A DNA stretch of 64,000 nt from an uncultured Christensenella sp. (GCA_964453915.1 CAYVPW010000001.1:6143-70142); one strand, 5' to 3'. Positions 46,844-56,057 are shown, counted from the stretch's first letter. Numbers and translations are program-made. Notes: generated from the letters alone by a model not told the origin.

Positions 46844-47871
46844 TTGTCTATCTCCTTAAAGAACTCTTTTTTAACGTCCTCTTTTTTTACTTTTTTTATT
46901 ATCTTTCCTTTAACGAAAATAACACAGCAATCCTTTCCGCCCGCAATACCCAAATCCGCATCGCTAGCCTCTCCGGGTCCGTTTACAACGCACCCCATCA
47001 CCGCTATTTTAACTGGCTTATCCGCACCTTTTACGTATTCTTCTACTTCTTTTGCAAAATTCATACAGTCCCACTCACATCTTCCGCAAGTAGGGCACGC
47101 CACTATTCTCGCTCCGCAATCCATAAGTTCTAAGCCGGATAAAATCGCCTTTGCCGCAACCACTTCTCTTACGGGGTCTGCGGACAAACTAACCCTAATC
47201 GTATCGCCTATCCCCCTCAACAAAAGCGAACCTATCCCCATAGAATTAAGAACCACGCCGTTATATTCAGTTCCAGCCTCCGTGACTCCTAAATGCAAAG
47301 GATAATCGGTGCGACCGGCAACGTATTCATACGCCTTCACCATAAGTGGAACGGAAGAGGCTTTTACGGATATTACTATATCTTCCACCCCGTATTTTTC
47401 TAAAATCCCAACGCTTTTTAAGGCGCTTTCTCCAAGCGAAATCTCGTTTTTGCCATACTTTGCCAAAAACTCTTTTTCTATACTGCCCGTGTTAGAACCT
47501 ACCCTGACGGGAACGCCGTAGGTCTTTAACGCCTCCGCAACCTTTTTAACGTTTTCTTCCCCGCCGATGTTTCCGGGATTTATACGAATTTTATCCGCAC
47601 CGTTTTTTATACTTTCTATCGCAAGATTATAATCGAAATGTATATCCGCAACCAGCGGCACGTCTACTTGTTTCTTTATCTCTTTAATCGCACGGGCATC
47701 ATCTAAATCCAAAACGGAAAATCTTACGATATCACACCCGACTTTTTTTAATCTTTCTATTTCTTTTACAGCTTCTTTTACGTTATTCAATCTAAAAGTA
47801 GACATAGATTGAATTGCTATCTTTTCTCCGCCGCCTATAAAAACGTTTCCTATTTTTACTTTTTTACTCAC
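46831..47871 (-). CDS. ispG: 4-hydroxy-3-methylbut-2-enyl diphosphate synthase
   Basis: 346 aa. GcpE-like TIM barrel plus a C-terminal 4Fe-4S domain (CPTCGRC ... GCVVNGPGE). GTG start at 47871. Confidence 0.93.
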   Translation of the reverse strand: MSKKVKIGNVFIGGGEKIAIQSMSTFRLNNVKEAVKEIERLKKVGCDIVRFSVLDLDDARAIKEIKKQVDVPLVADIHFDYNLAIESIKNGADKIRINPGNIGGEENVKKVAEALKTYGVPVRVGSNTGSIEKEFLAKYGKNEISLGESALKSVGILEKYGVEDIVISVKASSVPLMVKAYEYVAGRTDYPLHLGVTEAGTEYNGVVLNSMGIGSLLLRGIGDTIRVSLSADPVREVVAAKAILSGLELMDCGARIVACPTCGRCEWDCMNFAKEVEEYVKGADKPVKIAVMGCVVNGPGEASDADLGIAGGKDCCVIFVKGKIIKKVKKEDVKKEFFKEIDKCLR

Positions 47872-47910
47872 TTTAACACCAACGACACTAAGTATTTATC
47901 TTATTAAAAT

Positions 47911-47939
47911 ATATTAACACACGGGGCGTGATAAGTCAA
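47911..47939 (-). promoter_or_regulatory. sigma-A type promoter for ispG
   Basis: Minus strand: TTGACT (47939-47934), 17-nt spacer, TAATAT (47916-47911). Confidence 0.55.
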
Positions 47940-47994
47940 AATATTTTTAAAATATATAATTGCTGCAAATAGTAAAAAAAGAATAAAATCAGTA

Positions 47995-48026
47995 ACAAAA
48001 AAGGCGGCAAACTCACCGCCTTTTAT
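47995..48026. terminator. bidirectional terminator closing the phage-like operon
   Basis: AAAAAA-GGCGG-caaactca-CCGCC-TTTTATTT, 30 nt downstream of the 297-aa gene stop. Confidence 0.7.
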
Positions 48027-48055
48027 TTGGAGAGTAAAATTCGGCTATTTGCCGA

Positions 48056-48949
48056 TTACTCCGCTTTAAGTTTATACCTGTACAATAAATCTTGATAATA
48101 GTCGTCTAAATAAACAATCAATTTAGTTTCTTGCTTAATATCCGAATAAGCCGTTGAAGGTTGCAGCGAATCGTAATATCCTGCAACGCAATTTAATACG
48201 TCTTGATAATATCCCATTTCTATCAATTCGTCTTTAGAAAGTTCACTCGCCTTTATTTGTATATATTTAAGTTCTAAATTAGCGTTTATTTGCATTAAAC
48301 TGTTTGCATATCTTATCTCTTTTTCTTGCAAACCGTTATTATACTTAAACCTTTCTTTTCTGTTTTCGCTTATTTCGTCTTTAAGTTCCTGCACCTTTGC
48401 GTTTAATTTTTTTTCAAAAAGCGTTTCAAACCTGCTTTCCGCTTCGTTTAGTGCTTTGCCATAAGTTTTTATCAATGCTTTTAACCTAGCTTCTTCTTTA
48501 CCTTTTTCCGCTTTTAAATCTTTTATTTCTCGTTCCGTTTCCTTATCTAAACCAAGCGTTTTATCGGCAAACAGCCCCGAATCTGTTATTCCGTTTTTAC
48601 GATATGCCGTGCGATATTTTTTTAATGCTTCCGAATGTGCCGAACGGATTTTTTCTTCTCTTTCCGTAAAAACGGAATTGTTTTCTATAATTTTCAATTC
48701 CAACTCGGCTATCTTATCCGTTAAATTGTTTTTATATTCAAACAGAGTTTTTTCTTTTTCCACGCCCAAAAGCGTTTCTGCTTTTGCGGTTATTTCTTCT
48801 TCCGTAGGGTCTTCGTTTTCCATTCTTTCAAGCGCTAGTTCTTCTAATTGCACACCCTCGTAATCCATTCTTTTTATTCTGTAATAATGAAATATTTCAG
48901 ATAAAACTACGTACATTCCTTCTTTCGTAGTGGGTTTTTCAAACTGCAT
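48056..48949 (-). CDS. hypothetical coiled-coil protein (297 aa), last gene of the phage-like operon
   Basis: ATG 48949 with SD TAGGAG. The central region is long, E/K-rich and heptad-like. I recognise no motif. Confidence 0.55.
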   Translation of the reverse strand: MQFEKPTTKEGMYVVLSEIFHYYRIKRMDYEGVQLEELALERMENEDPTEEEITAKAETLLGVEKEKTLFEYKNNLTDKIAELELKIIENNSVFTEREEKIRSAHSEALKKYRTAYRKNGITDSGLFADKTLGLDKETEREIKDLKAEKGKEEARLKALIKTYGKALNEAESRFETLFEKKLNAKVQELKDEISENRKERFKYNNGLQEKEIRYANSLMQINANLELKYIQIKASELSKDELIEMGYYQDVLNCVAGYYDSLQPSTAYSDIKQETKLIVYLDDYYQDLLYRYKLKAE

Positions 48950-48959
48950 AATTCATCTC

Positions 48960-50195
48960 CTATTTTCTATAAAAAAACGACAATTCGCTTATGCAAAAAT
49001 CTTTCTCTTCACTGAAAAGCTCTACAATAAAACCGTCGGAAAACACACGGGTGCTTAAAATATTGTTTCCGCTATTTAGTGTAAAACTTCTGCTTTCGTA
49101 TTTGCCTTTTACTTTCAAAAGCGCCTTACCCGACGATTTTATTTTGATTTTATAAAGAGTTTTTGCACCGTCCTCTCCAAAATCGAACGCATGACTCTGC
49201 CATTTCTTTGCGCAAGATTTTTCTTTTACAAGGCTGCCGTATGCGTTTAAATTGTAATTAAACACATATCCGCCGTCGCAAAACAACAGACTTTCGGCAT
49301 CAACGAAAAAATCGTTTTTTGCGATCCCGTCGTAAACGTAAAATTTTCTTTTTCCGTTTTGATCGTTTACGGATAAAACGTAAAGATTATCCGCTTCCGC
49401 CGCCTCCCCGATTACCGTATAATTTTTTAAATTAAAGTCGCAATCAACCTTAAAAACAGAACCGCCTTTATATCCGCAAAATCCTTGCAACTTATTTATA
49501 AAGTAAATCGTATTGCCTATTTTTTTAACCGTTTGTCCATCGCAAGCAATCGGAACGGTTTCTAAGTTTTTTATTTTAAATTCCGCAAGAGAATCGCTAT
49601 AACTTAGTTCCGAAATACCACGCTTTCTAAAAATCACAAGTGAATCTTCCGTTTTAACAAACCTTTCAACGGCACCGTATTTAGCGTCCAAATACAAAAA
49701 AGAAAAGTCTTTTGCTTTAAGCGCACCACTCTCTTCTTTGGGCAATAAAAAAATTTTTCTTCCTTTTCCTATAAACAGGTAATCACCAAAAATCTCGCAA
49801 GTAGTTCCGCAAGGAACGGCAAAGTCAAAGGTTGCATCGGTAATTATTTTTCCCAAATTACAACATATCACCACAAAACCTTGCTTACCTTTATACTCTA
49901 TAGGCAAAAGCATGGGAGGCTCTTTTAACCCTGCACACAGTTTTTTTACTCCTCCGCCAAATATTTCGTATAGTTCGCCTTCTTTTACATAAACGATAAA
50001 CCTGCCGTTTACCGTATACGTTTTTATAACGTAAAATCTTTTATCTATACTTTTATCAAGCGCTACGGCGGGTGCGGCTATGATTTTATCTTCTAAAACC
50101 AGCACGCCTTCTTTTTCTTTGGTAAAGTATTTTAAAGAGTTTGGGCAATACTTTCCGTCCTTAAATTTAACCAACTCGATTTCGCTTATATTCAT
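48960..50195 (-). CDS. hypothetical beta-rich protein (411 aa) in the phage-like operon
   Basis: ATG 50195 overlaps the upstream stop (TAATG) and follows AAGGAG; the track's GTG at 50276 is rejected. It shows repeated short hydrophobic-strand/Gly-turn patterns suggestive of a propeller or sandwich fold. Confidence 0.55.
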   Translation of the reverse strand: MNISEIELVKFKDGKYCPNSLKYFTKEKEGVLVLEDKIIAAPAVALDKSIDKRFYVIKTYTVNGRFIVYVKEGELYEIFGGGVKKLCAGLKEPPMLLPIEYKGKQGFVVICCNLGKIITDATFDFAVPCGTTCEIFGDYLFIGKGRKIFLLPKEESGALKAKDFSFLYLDAKYGAVERFVKTEDSLVIFRKRGISELSYSDSLAEFKIKNLETVPIACDGQTVKKIGNTIYFINKLQGFCGYKGGSVFKVDCDFNLKNYTVIGEAAEADNLYVLSVNDQNGKRKFYVYDGIAKNDFFVDAESLLFCDGGYVFNYNLNAYGSLVKEKSCAKKWQSHAFDFGEDGAKTLYKIKIKSSGKALLKVKGKYESRSFTLNSGNNILSTRVFSDGFIVELFSEEKDFCISELSFFYRK

Positions 50196-50755
50196 TAGAT
50201 AAATCTCCTTGCCCTTAAAACTTTGTTTTTGGGAGGTATCAACTGTGAAAGTGCGTCCGTAAATCTTTTTCTCCACATAACACTTTCGTCAAAAGCCCTT
50301 TCGGTTATACAAAATTCGGCTGCGACGCCGTAAGCGATTACTCTGGCTGATATAACGTTTTCTTTATAACCTATCTCGTCCGTCAAACCGTAAACGGGCG
50401 GCAAATAATTATACTCTACGGAATATTCCGAATAAACGGTTTCGATATATTCGGCGTTCTGCGTATAGCTTATATCTTTTCCGTCGTCATCATAAGCACC
50501 CGTAATCTCTAAAACCGTTTCGGGAAAATCTTTATAATAAATTCTTCCGTTATCCGTTTTGAAAGTTCTTTTTTTAGTCATAGGTAAATAACTTGCCGAC
50601 AGTTCGTTTACTACTAAGTTTGCACACCTTGTAAATATATCCACCGTTGATAAAACGTTATCATCCGTATCGGCGTTTTCGTTATCTAAATATTTAATCA
50701 CGTTTTCTCTTCCTAAAAACGTAGCAGAGTACCTTACCACCTCTTTGATATTCAT
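50195..50755 (-). CDS. hypothetical protein (186 aa); head-completion or adaptor role suggested only by its position after the capsid gene
   Basis: ATG 50755 with SD AAGGAG. It lies immediately downstream of the capsid gene and hairpin. Confidence 0.5.
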   Translation of the reverse strand: MNIKEVVRYSATFLGRENVIKYLDNENADTDDNVLSTVDIFTRCANLVVNELSASYLPMTKKRTFKTDNGRIYYKDFPETVLEITGAYDDDGKDISYTQNAEYIETVYSEYSVEYNYLPPVYGLTDEIGYKENVISARVIAYGVAAEFCITERAFDESVMWRKRFTDALSQLIPPKNKVLRARRFI

Positions 50756-50784
50756 AGTTTTCTCCTTTTTTTCGCCGTAAAACT

Positions 50785-50808
50785 TTCGGGCGGAAAAATC
50801 CGCCCGAA
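50785..50808 (-). terminator. intra-operon hairpin after the capsid gene (possible partial terminator)
   Basis: Perfect 9-bp stem TTCGGGCGG-aaaaat-CCGCCCGAA between the capsid stop (50827) and the next ATG (50755). Confidence 0.45.
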
Positions 50809-50826
50809 CATTTCTTTTGTTTTTTA

Positions 50827-51993
50827 TTAAGCTTCCGTAATGCCGGAAATCATTCCTTGTCCGTTTGGTCTAGAACAAATAAGGTCAGCATATTTTACCA
50901 AAGTCGCCGTATAAACGGGCTTGCCCGCAACTTGTTTTAGCACCTTGCCGTCTTCGCCCTCTAACCACTGCCAATCGCAAAGTTGATGAAGTGCAAAGTC
51001 TTCGGTGTTCAATAAATACATAGTGCCGTCCGGACAAAATCTATCCGCAACAATGGGAATACCGTTATAACTCATCGCCTTATAACCGCCCACAAGTTCA
51101 ACAGTGTCTATCACGCGCTTGTTTTGAGCAAACAACTTTTGAAGTTCTCTTCTAACACCCCAAGAGCAAACTATAAAGTTTACGGTTCCGCCGCTTTGCT
51201 CTTCTATTGTATCAATCGCTTGTTGAATATCCAGTTCGGAGATTTCACCCGCACTTTTCTTAACGTAAGGTTTTAACCAACCGTGCGTAGTTTTAGAAAG
51301 CCCGTAAATAGAACCTTCCTCGCTAAAAATTGCTTTTAATCCGGTCAATTCGTTGTTATAAGAGCCTTGAACGGTCAAAACGGTATCAACCAAACCGCTT
51401 TCGTCCGCAACGCTTCCCGCAAGTTTAATCGTCTTTGCATTTCTATCTACAAAAACAACTCTCTTACCCGCCGCAACTATTTCGCCGTCGGAATCTCTAA
51501 AATCAACTACCATACCTTCTATAACGTTTTTAACGCTATCCAAAGTAATAACGCCGCTTGCCGCAGCGGAAACCGTGGCTATTTCTCCGGAACCGTCGCC
51601 GAACAACATTCTGCCGAAGTTAAAAGAGGACGCCTTTAACAACCCTTCCATTTCGGAATTTAGTAGACTCACAAACGCTCCGGAATTGTTTTCGGAAGCC
51701 CTTACCGCTTTATCCGAAATCTCTATAGTTCCGTAAAGGTTTTTAAGACTTACCACAAATTGTTCGTAATTGTTTCCCGTAGCGGAAGGGAGGTCTCCGT
51801 CTTCCGTGCCGGCACCTATACCGCCGTTCATTCCGTATATGGCAAGTTTTCTTACCTCCTTACCCCAAACGTCGTCGGTAGTCTGCTTTATCATAGATAA
51901 AAGCGGGTTGGTTTTTAAGTTAAGTTGCTCTGCAACCACGTCTAAATAAAAAGATTTTAACGCTTTATCCGCGTTAGTTAATGTCACTGCCAT
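50827..51993 (-). CDS. phage major capsid protein (HK97-fold type, scaffold-dependent)
   Basis: 388 aa directly after a scaffold-like gene. The N-terminal region (ADKALKSFYLDVVAEQLNLKTNPLL...) resembles capsid families of Firmicute phages as I recall them. SD AAGGAG. Not searched. Confidence 0.65.
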   Translation of the reverse strand: MAVTLTNADKALKSFYLDVVAEQLNLKTNPLLSMIKQTTDDVWGKEVRKLAIYGMNGGIGAGTEDGDLPSATGNNYEQFVVSLKNLYGTIEISDKAVRASENNSGAFVSLLNSEMEGLLKASSFNFGRMLFGDGSGEIATVSAAASGVITLDSVKNVIEGMVVDFRDSDGEIVAAGKRVVFVDRNAKTIKLAGSVADESGLVDTVLTVQGSYNNELTGLKAIFSEEGSIYGLSKTTHGWLKPYVKKSAGEISELDIQQAIDTIEEQSGGTVNFIVCSWGVRRELQKLFAQNKRVIDTVELVGGYKAMSYNGIPIVADRFCPDGTMYLLNTEDFALHQLCDWQWLEGEDGKVLKQVAGKPVYTATLVKYADLICSRPNGQGMISGITEA

Positions 51994-52011
51994 TATAATT
52001 CTCCTTAAAAA

Positions 52012-52452
52012 TTATTGTAAAATTTCTTTTGCCAAAGCCCCCGCTTCCGCAAAGGTTTTCGGCTTGGCGACAGGCGTTTTCACGCTTACGCCGCCGTCGC
52101 TCATTAAAACCGCCGTTTGTTTTTTTCCTAACACGCCTTTAAGATATTCTTTAAGAATACCGTTTATTTCTTCGGTATTGTTCTTTTCTGCAACGTCTTG
52201 TTTCGTGTTTTCGGCAGTTCCCGCCGCGTAGCCGTCGGGGGAACTTTCTTTTCCCGATAGCGCCGCCCCCTCTAACTCTTTTAGCCTTTGACAGCGTTTG
52301 GTAAACTCTGACTGTAAAGAGTTATACGCATTAAGAAGGGCATTTACGTCCTTAAACTTACCTAAAAAGGCATTTTCGCTTTTCCCGCCATTATCTATTT
52401 CCGCACTTGCGGCGTCGGGCGCCACTGTCTCTTTAACGATAGTTTCTTCCAT
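52012..52452 (-). CDS. phage scaffolding protein
   Basis: 146 aa, helical, between portal and capsid. The motif GKFKDVNALLNAYNSLQSEFTKRCQRLKELE is typical of scaffold proteins. Confidence 0.6.
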   Translation of the reverse strand: MEETIVKETVAPDAASAEIDNGGKSENAFLGKFKDVNALLNAYNSLQSEFTKRCQRLKELEGAALSGKESSPDGYAAGTAENTKQDVAEKNNTEEINGILKEYLKGVLGKKQTAVLMSDGGVSVKTPVAKPKTFAEAGALAKEILQ

Positions 52453-52476
52453 ATTCTTAATTCTCCTTGTAATTCT

Positions 52477-54333
52477 TTATTTTTCCGTAAGCATATTTTT
52501 ATGCGCCTTTACGTGAACAAAAAACCTTTCTTTTTGCTCATTATTTAGTTCGTCGTATTCGCTTAAAAAATATCTCACGTGTTCGTCTATATGTATTTGA
52601 TGATTATCTATCAAGTCAATATCCAAGCCGCTCTTTCTTATCTTTTCGTTTTCGCACTGAGCCTTTTCTTGATGAAGTCTTGACAATCCTTTTTGATAAT
52701 CTAAGTCTTTATACCCTAAAAGAGTAAGCACCTTTTCTTTTGTAGAAGTATCTATTTTCCCGTCTTCGGAATTTAACAAGCCGCTTTCGTAAAGCTTAAA
52801 TACCATCTCTTTTTTTTGAGAATCCGTGTAAAGCAACTCGTTTTCGCCGTCCATATAAACGTCGTCCGAAAAAGCCGTTGACTTATCGGCATAATAAATC
52901 CTAGTTTTTTCAAATTCGTCTACACACTTAATCGCCCTTATTCCCGACAAAAATTGTTGATACAACCTTAAAACGTGTTTTGCAACCGCTATAAAAGAAC
53001 GCCTTATACTCTCCGCAGACATAATAAGTCTTTGATTGTCTTGGTCAACCAAAATTTCCAAAGCCGTTCCGCTAGATACGTTTGCGTTATTAGAACTGCT
53101 GCTAACGTCCGAAACTCCGCTTATAATGGTAAACTCGTTTATAAGCTTACTCTCTTCATCTGAAAAATCAGAAGGTATAGAATTTATCTCCATCATTTCG
53201 GGTGCTTTAGATCCTTGCCTATACACCAAAATTTTACCGGGGGAAAGCCCTTCTTCGGATAAATCGTCTACGTCTACCGATCCGTCCTCAACGGTCATAA
53301 CCCCGTTAGAAAGCCTGTTCAAAAACTCGTGTTTTCTGTTTTTTACCGCATTAAACGCTCGCTGCACGGGTATAAGCCTTTCTATCACGCTAGTTCCGAA
53401 AAAACTTCCGCATTGAGAATACGCTTCTTGTTTTACAAAAGGAATACCCCTTTTCCCGTTTTCGCCGCAAATATACGGAAGTTCTCCGTAATACAACAAC
53501 CTATCTCCGGCAACCACTATAAGCCTTCCTTGCGGATAATCGGAATCCGGCGCAACGTATTTTTCTATAACCGTCACTGCGTTTTTAAGTTTTTTCTTTC
53601 CGTTCTTTTTACCTTTCATTGCGAAATCTATAACGGATAAATCGTTAACGTCTACATCCTTTCCGACAAGTTCCACACCGTATTTTTCTTTAACGACCGA
53701 AACGGGCACTGCTTTTGCGTGTATAACGGAAGAACAGCTTTCTATATTTTCGGCGTAAAGATTATCCGGAAATATCTCAAACGGCGAAACCGCCGCAATC
53801 TTTACTTCACCTTCATAAACGTCTTTTCCGTCGTAAACACCAACCTTGTTCCCTCCGTCGTTATCCCATATAATCTTATAAAATCCCGTGCCGCAAGATT
53901 CGCTCCAAGAATTCACTTGATTTATAACTCTCTCTATATCGTTTCTTTTAAGTGCTTCCGCAATCAACTTTTCCGCAAGGTTAGCGCTTTTAACGTCTTC
54001 GTCGTCATCGGTTTTAGGGCGAACGCTTAAATTAGGCAGCACTCTAGAAAGTTTTGCCAAACGGGTTTCAACAATGGGCGCAATGTGATTAAAAACGCCG
54101 CGGTTTTGCCAGCAAAACCCCTTGTTTTCTAAAACCAACTCTCCCCTGCCGTTTATTCCGCAGTATTGATTACCCGTTAAAAAGTTTATATTTAATTCCC
54201 ACTGCCTTTCTAAAAACAGTCTTTCCCTCTGTCTTTCTTCAAAATCGGAAACCGTTTCATAAACAAGTTCTTCAATAAATCTTTCTCTGTCTTTGTCCTT
54301 TTGTTTTAACGCAGAATATTTATTTCTATTCAC
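52477..54333 (-). CDS. phage portal protein
   Basis: 618 aa located after the terminase. GTG start at 54333 lies 6 nt after GAGGAG. The call rests on size, position and a portal-like N-terminal region (WELNINFLTGNQY...). Confidence 0.68.
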   Translation of the reverse strand: MNRNKYSALKQKDKDRERFIEELVYETVSDFEERQRERLFLERQWELNINFLTGNQYCGINGRGELVLENKGFCWQNRGVFNHIAPIVETRLAKLSRVLPNLSVRPKTDDDEDVKSANLAEKLIAEALKRNDIERVINQVNSWSESCGTGFYKIIWDNDGGNKVGVYDGKDVYEGEVKIAAVSPFEIFPDNLYAENIESCSSVIHAKAVPVSVVKEKYGVELVGKDVDVNDLSVIDFAMKGKKNGKKKLKNAVTVIEKYVAPDSDYPQGRLIVVAGDRLLYYGELPYICGENGKRGIPFVKQEAYSQCGSFFGTSVIERLIPVQRAFNAVKNRKHEFLNRLSNGVMTVEDGSVDVDDLSEEGLSPGKILVYRQGSKAPEMMEINSIPSDFSDEESKLINEFTIISGVSDVSSSSNNANVSSGTALEILVDQDNQRLIMSAESIRRSFIAVAKHVLRLYQQFLSGIRAIKCVDEFEKTRIYYADKSTAFSDDVYMDGENELLYTDSQKKEMVFKLYESGLLNSEDGKIDTSTKEKVLTLLGYKDLDYQKGLSRLHQEKAQCENEKIRKSGLDIDLIDNHQIHIDEHVRYFLSEYDELNNEQKERFFVHVKAHKNMLTEK

Positions 54334-54336
54334 CTT

Positions 54337-54636
54337 TTACTCCTCGCCTTTTTCCGCCAAAAGTTTGATAAGTCTTGCTTTTTCTTTTTGCAATTCTTCG
54401 TCGCTCATTTCGGATAAATCTTTATCGTTTTCCGTAAGCAACATTTTTAAAGCCGTAATATCCGGCGGAACGTTTTTTTTAGTCACTTTCTTTTTAGAAA
54501 GTTTTACACCGTCTTCATCGGAAACGTACTCCGTGACAGTTTCCGTACAATCGTATCCAAGCGCTTTTTTTAGTAAAGCGTCCTTTAACTTTTTTTGGCT
54601 TAAGACGGATTTAATATCGTTAGATTTTTCTTTCAT
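54337..54636 (-). CDS. small charged phage-module protein (99 aa); possibly terminase small-subunit-like, function uncertain
   Basis: Overlaps the TerL 3' end by 17 nt. SD AAGGAAG. The segment KKKVTKKNVPPDITALKMLL resembles the C-terminal motif of some small terminases (from memory). Confidence 0.45.
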   Translation of the reverse strand: MKEKSNDIKSVLSQKKLKDALLKKALGYDCTETVTEYVSDEDGVKLSKKKVTKKNVPPDITALKMLLTENDKDLSEMSDEELQKEKARLIKLLAEKGEE

Positions 54637-56050
54637 TAAGCATCTTCCTTATAAGCCTTTCTTTGTCTTTTTGGATTTCGGTTTTAATCGGCTTTATAGG
54701 AGATAATGCGGGCTTCTTCATTAAATAATACCTTAACTCGTCCAAAGAATGGTCGTCGTATTTTTTAGGCGTATCACCCGAACCCCACCAGTAGCTTTTG
54801 AACTCTCTTATCAGGTTAACGCAATTTTTAAATACGTACAGTTTAGGCTTTTTAGGGTCTTTATTTAAGTATTGTTTTACCCTTTGTATACCGCTAAACA
54901 TATCTTTATTAACTCTAGGATTAGCGTTTACGCCTTGTTCGTAGAATAATTCCGTCACGCTTTTATTTAGAGCAAGCGTTCTTTGGTTCGCTGCAGAATC
55001 GATTATGGCGTTAACCCTTCCTTCCCCGTCGGTTTTCCAGTTTAACCTTTTACAAATCTCTTTTATCGCCTTTGCGTGAAAAACAACGTCCTTTCCCGCA
55101 ACGAAATGCTCCGCCACCGCGTAAACGTTCCCGTCATAATCTACCGCATACCAGTGTGCGGAAAGCGGATTATTTAATCCGGGATCTATAGAAACGGTAT
55201 CTTGCCATTCTAAAGGAACGTCAAACGGCTCTATCACGTGAAAGTTTTCGTCAAATTCCGGATACACAAGCCCCGTATTAGACTTAAATCTGCCGTATCT
55301 TCTACTCTCAATTTGGTCCAAAGGTAAACTTTTAGTCAACTCTTCAAATTCTTGTTTTTTTAAAAAAGGGTTATCCGCCCACTCCATAAATTCATACCAA
55401 ACTTCGGGCGAATCCCCACTATTTAAAAATATCTCGTCGTAAATATAAGTAAGTCCCTTTAAGGGCGTCATCGTTCCGAAAATATCCCCCGACTTATCCA
55501 AAACTCTCATTCTGCATTCGTCGTAAATATCTTTGGGCGGCTCTTCGTCAAACCAAACGAAATCTAAAGAACTTCCCTGAAATTTTTCTCTGCCTTGGTC
55601 GCAAGACTTAAACCCTATCACGCTTATGCCGCCAAACACGTTTTTTATCATAATTTGGTCTATCACACCGTATTTAAGGCTGTCTTTTTTTCCGGAAAGC
55701 ATAGTCACGTCTTGTATCCAGCGTGGGTTTAAGTAGTGCAAAACTTTTGCCTGCGCAACATCTCTTTGTACTTGCGTAGAAAGCGACACAACCCAACCGA
55801 AAACGTTTTTTCTGTTTTCTCTATACGGATGAATTCCCCTTGCCATATAAACGGCTTCAACCGCTCCACATTCGGTTTTTCCGCTTCTGTTTCCGCCGAA
55901 AACCCACCTGTTTCTTTTTTGGCACTTATGAAATTCTAATTGTTTTAAATGAACTTTTTCTCCGACGTTGTAATTTTCTAAATTTCTGAAAGCCGCTCTT
56001 TTTTTCTGTTCGTTCTCTATTTGAATAATCTTTTTATAAATCTCAAACAT
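54620..56050 (-). CDS. phage terminase large subunit
   Basis: Walker A GGNRSGKT, Walker B LDFVWFDEE, and nuclease-domain acidic motifs VSIDPG and DDHSLDELRYY. 476 aa. Confidence 0.85.
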   Translation of the reverse strand: MFEIYKKIIQIENEQKKRAAFRNLENYNVGEKVHLKQLEFHKCQKRNRWVFGGNRSGKTECGAVEAVYMARGIHPYRENRKNVFGWVVSLSTQVQRDVAQAKVLHYLNPRWIQDVTMLSGKKDSLKYGVIDQIMIKNVFGGISVIGFKSCDQGREKFQGSSLDFVWFDEEPPKDIYDECRMRVLDKSGDIFGTMTPLKGLTYIYDEIFLNSGDSPEVWYEFMEWADNPFLKKQEFEELTKSLPLDQIESRRYGRFKSNTGLVYPEFDENFHVIEPFDVPLEWQDTVSIDPGLNNPLSAHWYAVDYDGNVYAVAEHFVAGKDVVFHAKAIKEICKRLNWKTDGEGRVNAIIDSAANQRTLALNKSVTELFYEQGVNANPRVNKDMFSGIQRVKQYLNKDPKKPKLYVFKNCVNLIREFKSYWWGSGDTPKKYDDHSLDELRYYLMKKPALSPIKPIKTEIQKDKERLIRKMLNERKI

Positions 56051-56057
56051 ATTCTAC

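Larger units (their letters stand above)
48056..56050 (-). mobile_element. phage-derived head-assembly and DNA-packaging gene cluster; no integrase or att seen, so mobility is unproven
   Basis: Eight contiguous, co-oriented, tightly spaced or overlapping ORFs: TerL, a 99-aa protein, portal, scaffold, major capsid and three unknowns. The cluster has a promoter region at one end and a terminator at the other. Confidence 0.7.

Noticed and set aside
47872-48055. Attachment-site direct repeats flanking the phage-like cluster (compared by eye with 56051-56145 and 60159-60224)
   Set aside because: I found no shared words longer than generic A/T runs by eye. A proper repeat search is still needed.
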